From sequence record OM319461.1: a DNA stretch of 64,000 nucleotides, one strand, 5' to 3'. A program made the position numbers and the translations under genes. The notes below the pieces were generated by a model, which saw only the letters and a list, made by a program, of their open reading frames with translations, did not search any database and was not told the DNA's origin. Shown here one piece after another: positions 59,230-64,000 of the stretch; positions within the stretch are counted from its first letter, which is position 1, and each line of letters begins with the position of its first letter.

Positions 59230-61254
59230 ATGGCGGAAGAAACAACTGCCAGAGGCAGAGATACTGCCTGGGTACGACAGGCTTTCTTTAAACGTGGCGG
59301 TAACCGTGGTTATGCGGGTAAGGCCTTGGGTGGTGCTGGTACAAACAGTGCAGATATCAATAGTAGCTATAACTTTTATGATACCACTCTGGGCGGAAAC
59401 CGTGTACTTAACCCACCTCCACAGTTCTGTCGTTGGAGTGACCCAAAGGTGAATACTATCGCCTCCGGATGTCGTTCTATGGGACAGGGATATAAAGAAG
59501 CCATCGACGACAACGCTCAGCGAATATCATTGCAGTTCGGTATACCAAAGTACAACTCAATGACTTCGTTTATGTCAAACTTCTATAGTCCTGCTGCGGC
59601 AGCTATGGCAAAATATGGTACGGTCAATGGCAGTGTCTTCCACTCCATTGGCTATACAGCAGGTGTATTGTTTACTTTACCTCTGCAAACATTCTTTGGT
59701 ATAAACCACTTAGTCAACCGAATCTCTGCTGCAATCAGTGGTAACCCTTATAGTAAGTTTTATTACATGCAACCAACAATGGCTCTCTATTGGAATGCCG
59801 TGGCGTTGATGTTTAACAAACTTGCTGTAGACATGGGCGTGATGGATCCAGTGGCAGCCGATGAAATCAAGGATGGCAAAATCGCACTTGGGGGTCAAGC
59901 ACCAAGCAAGGTAGATGAACTACAGCGTCTTTTACCAGATGTTTTCCTTGGCGGCGGCGGTGAAAACGAAAGTGGTTCAGCATACATTGATGTTAAGGCA
60001 ATTGCGTCTCGTTCACAGCGAATGGCCAACCAGTTTAACGAAGCACTCTATGAATTAGAGAATGGCATCAGTACGACCGGTGAACAAGCAAGAGAACAAT
60101 ACGTCAATGGATTAAAGAACCTCGGTAGAGAAAACGCCCTGTCGAATGAACGTCCACAAACTCATACGCAATCTATGAATGAGTATACCGGATACTTCGG
60201 TACCGACAACTTAAATAATGTCGAGGCTGAAAACCAACAGGCATTGCAGGCTGCTAAGGATCGTAATACCGGTGCCGTGGCACAAGACGGTGGTCCGGCA
60301 GTTGAAAAAGAACAGAAAGTCTGGAATGACTTGGATAGTCTTTGGAAATACATGAAGGCCGACTTACAAGAAGGTTCTGCGTTTGTTAGTTTCCATGTAG
60401 ACAAGACTGGACCGATCAGCCATTCGTTCAGCAATACAACCAAAGAAGCTCCGTTGAAAGAGACGGCCAATGGTGTTGCACAACAAGCACGTGATATCCA
60501 GATCAGTATGTTTGGTGGTAACATCGGCGATAACGTTGTCTTCAATGCAATGGAGAGTACAGTAGGTGCAATCAAGGATTTGGTTGCAGGTGCGGTAAGT
60601 TCTATCGGTATTGGTTTAGAAGGCGCTTTGTCTGGTGCAATGATGGACATGTCAGATGTCTATGATAATAGCTCGGCAGAAATAGCAAGCCAAGATTACT
60701 CGATGACTTTTGCCACTCCGTATGGTAACAAGTTCTCGATCTTGACTCGTGTGTATCTCCCACTATGTTGTATCTTGGCAGGTGTATTGCCTCGTCGCTC
60801 TGGTAAGAACTCTTACGTACAACCATTCCTATGTCGTCTTCATTCTCAAGCATTTGAGGATATTCGCCTGGGTATTATTAGCAGTGTTAACATTGAACTA
60901 GGTACGTCAAACATTGGACGCCAAATCAACCAATTGCCAACGGCCATCAAAGTAACGATGACTGTTGAGAACATGGATAAGATGATGTCTGTTCCATTGA
61001 GTGACAGTGTATTAGATAGCATCACAAGCTTCTCTGCTTTTGATGAAGATACTACATTGACCGACTTCCTTGGTTCATTGGCCGGTGTAAGTATGTACGA
61101 CCAATACTTTGCTGTCCCACGATTGAAACGCGCATGGAAGAAGACGGTTGCGGATTGGAATACCTTTGCGTCACCAACATACTTCTCACAATGGTTTGCT
61201 GGTACGATACCAGGGAAAACCGTTTCGGCATTCTTGAAAGCCGGAGATATTTAG
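59230..61254 (+). CDS. Baseplate hub-like virion protein (phiKZ gp182-like)
   Basis: 674 aa, YDTTLGGNRVLNPPPQFCRWSD motif, directly after the gp181-like gene. Confidence 0.75.
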   Translation: MAEETTARGRDTAWVRQAFFKRGGNRGYAGKALGGAGTNSADINSSYNFYDTTLGGNRVLNPPPQFCRWSDPKVNTIASGCRSMGQGYKEAIDDNAQRISLQFGIPKYNSMTSFMSNFYSPAAAAMAKYGTVNGSVFHSIGYTAGVLFTLPLQTFFGINHLVNRISAAISGNPYSKFYYMQPTMALYWNAVALMFNKLAVDMGVMDPVAADEIKDGKIALGGQAPSKVDELQRLLPDVFLGGGGENESGSAYIDVKAIASRSQRMANQFNEALYELENGISTTGEQAREQYVNGLKNLGRENALSNERPQTHTQSMNEYTGYFGTDNLNNVEAENQQALQAAKDRNTGAVAQDGGPAVEKEQKVWNDLDSLWKYMKADLQEGSAFVSFHVDKTGPISHSFSNTTKEAPLKETANGVAQQARDIQISMFGGNIGDNVVFNAMESTVGAIKDLVAGAVSSIGIGLEGALSGAMMDMSDVYDNSSAEIASQDYSMTFATPYGNKFSILTRVYLPLCCILAGVLPRRSGKNSYVQPFLCRLHSQAFEDIRLGIISSVNIELGTSNIGRQINQLPTAIKVTMTVENMDKMMSVPLSDSVLDSITSFSAFDEDTTLTDFLGSLAGVSMYDQYFAVPRLKRAWKKTVADWNTFASPTYFSQWFAGTIPGKTVSAFLKAGDI

Positions 61255-61295
61255 ACAAGCCCCTTCTCCCTTTCGGGAGAGGGGGCATGCTTTTT

Positions 61296-62390
61296 TTATC
61301 TTGTTTCGTGAAAACGAATGGTTGGAAAATCACGATAAGCAACTTCCTTCCAAGGAAGAGTAACTGGATGAAACATGTCAGCTACAATACCGATCGGCCA
61401 ATAGGTAGGGTGATATGCCATGAGCATTGCGAAGTCACGTGGAACTTCACGCAAGTACTTCGTAGACAACACTTGACCATTTGCCGTATTCTGATAAAAC
61501 CAGTTCGGATGGATTTCAGTAAGAATATCGGCGATGCGTACAGCTTCCTCTTCGTAGTCTTTCGGACTCAGGTTGCGATTGATCTTGTATCCAGAAATCG
61601 TACCCTCCAAAACAGCAGCTCTATCGTCTGCACCGAAATACTCTTTAGCCTTGTAGATCCAATCTTGAACAAAATCAAAACGCTGCATGATAGCAGCTAC
61701 TCGGCTTGCTCTTGCTAGAATCTTACCAATCGTACCGTCTGACAACAAACCACCACTAAGGCCATCAACAATCGATAATGCTTGTTCCCATAGACTACAG
61801 CGAAGTAGATCTTCTAAGTCATGTAATAGAATAGCACCTTCCCAATATTCGGAATCAGGATAATTACCACCGTATTGATTACCTAGCTCACCACAGATGC
61901 CTTTACAAAAGTCACATTCGAAACCTAGTGATTCTGCCAGATATGACATGTTGTCAAATACACCAGTAAGAAAGTCATTGCCTATCTTTTGCCAGCGACT
62001 AGGAGATAGAATACTACGGATCTTTCTCAGTCCTTCTGTCAAGGTGGCGATATCGTAGGTAGCCATAAGTTTGTCTAACATAGCACCTGGAGGAATATTG
62101 GACTTCAGGATACGAATGGTTTCAAGTAAGTTTTCACTTGAGCCGATGTTCTTTAGTTTGTCTAGCCCGCCGGCAGTATCAGAGATAACACCAAGAATCT
62201 CTTTTGATGGACCGAGACTCAAAACATCTGATGGAACATCTGGGAAAACAGAAGATAAAGAAAAATCACCTTCTGGTAAAACGTTTTCTAAAAATGACTT
62301 TACTGCTTCCTCATTATAGATGTCAGGAACAAGTGCGGTATCTTTAGGGTCGTTAGAAAAGGTGCTCTTACTTAGATCAGCCTTTGCCAT
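61296..62390 (-). CDS. Probable virion protein (364 aa)
   Basis: GAGG RBS; convergent on terminator 61260-61286; function inferred weakly. Confidence 0.55.
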   Translation of the reverse strand: MAKADLSKSTFSNDPKDTALVPDIYNEEAVKSFLENVLPEGDFSLSSVFPDVPSDVLSLGPSKEILGVISDTAGGLDKLKNIGSSENLLETIRILKSNIPPGAMLDKLMATYDIATLTEGLRKIRSILSPSRWQKIGNDFLTGVFDNMSYLAESLGFECDFCKGICGELGNQYGGNYPDSEYWEGAILLHDLEDLLRCSLWEQALSIVDGLSGGLLSDGTIGKILARASRVAAIMQRFDFVQDWIYKAKEYFGADDRAAVLEGTISGYKINRNLSPKDYEEEAVRIADILTEIHPNWFYQNTANGQVLSTKYLREVPRDFAMLMAYHPTYWPIGIVADMFHPVTLPWKEVAYRDFPTIRFHETR

Positions 62391-62488
62391 GGTTAAGTCC
62401 TCGTTGGTTGAAAATAGTTCTATCTAATTTGAGAAAAAAAAAAGAAAGCTGAGTGCACAGGACCCCGTGAGGGGCCCTGTACTTTGTT

Positions 62489-63148
62489 TTAAGGTTTCTT
62501 TATAACTAATTGGATAGAGATGGGCACCTTTGGTGCAGAACGCTTGTACACGGTGATAGAGAACTTAATTCCATCGAAGTCATGAATCAACAATCCTTTG
62601 TAGAATGAGTTCCAAGTTAATGCTTCCGCATCTAAAGAACGAGGCAAGTTAGAAACCGCATCTACTTCAAGTCCTTCGACTTCTTTGCAGTATTGGCGAT
62701 ACTTGTCTACGTGTTCTTTCCAGTTCTCAGTACAGTGAGGAAACTCCTTAATCATCTTCAGCCATAAAACTTTAAGATAGCGACCGCCCTTTTCATCAAA
62801 GGTAGGTGGAATCTCAATCTCTAGTGTTTTCTCGACACCGTCTTTAACAAGGTCAAGAGAGATCATTGTTTTATGGAAGTTAAAAACACTAATACCACGA
62901 CAAAGGTTTTTAAAGGTAACTTCTTCACAAGCCAGACGTTTAGGCAGATTGCCCTTTAGATTGGTTGCTTCTTTTTGACCTTTGAAATCCCTTGCTTTAG
63001 AAATATAAGTAGTTAAAAGAGTATCCCATCCAGATGGTGGTACTTGTAGCTGAAACAACAGATAGCGCCAAGCGCGTGCAAGTACATGGTTCGTCGAAAC
63101 GACGTGTTGGATGTCTTCTTTTAACAGATCATAAATGTGGGTATTCAT
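62489..63148 (-). CDS. Hypothetical protein with internal two-fold repeat (219 aa)
   Basis: Two similar halves ending GNLPKRLACEEVTFKNL.RGI and SNLPRSLDAEALTWNSFYKGL. Confidence 0.7.
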   Translation of the reverse strand: MNTHIYDLLKEDIQHVVSTNHVLARAWRYLLFQLQVPPSGWDTLLTTYISKARDFKGQKEATNLKGNLPKRLACEEVTFKNLCRGISVFNFHKTMISLDLVKDGVEKTLEIEIPPTFDEKGGRYLKVLWLKMIKEFPHCTENWKEHVDKYRQYCKEVEGLEVDAVSNLPRSLDAEALTWNSFYKGLLIHDFDGIKFSITVYKRSAPKVPISIQLVIKKP

Positions 63149-63150
63149 GA

Positions 63151-63663
63151 TTACCTTTGTTCGATTATCAAGTTAGCGATAAGCTCCAAGTCGTCACATA
63201 GGGGCTTCAACATTCTTTCGTTGTGGCGAGTCAATTGATTCTTTTCTAGTACAGCAGCTAGGCCACAGAGAGATTCTTGTATCTGCTCAAAATGTGTTTT
63301 GGAGTCTTCTTCCTCTTCGTCTTGTTTTCCACAGACATAGCTGAAAGCATTTATTGTTTTTAAATGCGATGCATCCCCGATAGCAAGTTTGCGCTTATCG
63401 AGCAATGCCAGCCGAGTTAAGTCAAGACATTGAATCAACTCTTGTGGACTATAGTGCCATAGTGGATTGCTCTCACATAGCTTGGAAGAATTAACATCTT
63501 CTGATTTTAGCGAACCCAAAACTTTTGACATGTTTCGAATGTATTCCCCTGATTGAAAGAGGGCTCCATTCGTGTCATATTTTTCTTCTGTCAGCCACAT
63601 TCGATAGTGGGCGACAATCAGTCTAACCTTAGACCTTATCTTTTTTAAATAAACCACAGTCAC
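63151..63663 (-). CDS. Hypothetical protein (170 aa)
   Basis: GTG start after AAGGAG; early motif at 63693. Confidence 0.7.
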   Translation of the reverse strand: MTVVYLKKIRSKVRLIVAHYRMWLTEEKYDTNGALFQSGEYIRNMSKVLGSLKSEDVNSSKLCESNPLWHYSPQELIQCLDLTRLALLDKRKLAIGDASHLKTINAFSYVCGKQDEEEEDSKTHFEQIQESLCGLAAVLEKNQLTRHNERMLKPLCDDLELIANLIIEQR

Positions 63664-63692
63664 TCCTTAGTTAATGCTACTATATCACATTG

Positions 63693-63702
63693 GTAATATA
63701 GA
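63693..63702 (-). promoter_or_regulatory. Early promoter motif TCTATATTAC
   Basis: Exact repeat, preceded and followed by the same context (…CAATG) as 22388. Confidence 0.7.
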
Positions 63703-63738
63703 TTTTAAGACAGACTGAAACTTACGAGGTAATTAACA

Positions 63739-64000
63739 ATGTCAGATACTACAGACCAAGATGTAGGCAATCCAGCATTGCCGCAAGATGACGAGATGAT
63801 TGATATTATTCAACAACGTCGTTATCAAATGATCTTGGATGGCCATGCACCGGATAAAGATTTTCTTCAGCTGCTAAAGCATACGGCTGATACTTCAATG
63901 GCGAGAAAACGTCTTCAATCAGATAATGAAAACTCTGAGAAGGACCGCGCTACCATTCAAGCGATTGCTGCAAACCTACGTCAATCAAACCAGAATCCAT
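63739..64000 (+). CDS. Hypothetical protein (partial, runs off the window end)
   Basis: GAGG RBS; MSDTTDQDVGNPALPQDDEM... open to the window end. Confidence 0.7.
   Translation, partial: MSDTTDQDVGNPALPQDDEMIDIIQQRRYQMILDGHAPDKDFLQLLKHTADTSMARKRLQSDNENSEKDRATIQAIAANLRQSNQNP

Noticed and set aside
1-64000. tRNA, tmRNA and rRNA genes
   Set aside because: No cloverleaf with T-loop GTTCRA and acceptor stem was found by eye; TTCGAATC at about 35595 is part of a leader hairpin. tRNAscan-SE or ARAGORN would be decisive.
1-64000. Numerous listed ORFs antisense to or nested in long genes (e.g. 86..364, 5244..5585, 10639..11064, 30245..30694, 56883..57455, 61134..61718)
   Set aside because: Shadow frames of well-supported genes, with no RBS or promoter support.
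40-64000. Alternative genetic code
   Set aside because: Long core genes are open in the standard code, and all apparent truncations are explained by introns.

Overview
This is a 64 kb segment of a nucleus-forming (phiKZ-like, Chimalliviridae) jumbo phage genome. It holds chimallin, the family B DNA polymerase catalytic part, an SbcD-like nuclease, one non-virion and two virion RNA polymerase subunits, large terminase, baseplate, sheath and tube genes, the head protease and the gp181/gp182-like tail proteins. Three self-splicing group I introns interrupt RNAP genes; exon junctions, internal guide sequences (IGS) and P/R/S elements can be read directly. Each intron carries an HNH endonuclease ORF in the P1 loop, and two of them split the catalytic DFDGD motif. 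The least explained part is non-coding. At 18.1-19.3 kb there is a tandem array of about five ORF-free promoter-RNA-terminator cassettes rich in anti-Shine-Dalgarno motifs. A divergent Ro60/TROVE-like gene is flanked on both sides by its own promoter-plus-terminator small RNA units (Y RNA candidates). There is also an approximately 425-nt structured RNA locus next to an Arg-rich protein, and a 1.2 kb AT-rich origin-like region. The N-rich tract at 2.65-5.26 kb looks like a two-allele consensus, because Ns fall mostly on third codon positions. No tRNA, rRNA or CRISPR array was seen. Homology calls are from motif recognition only; no searches were run.
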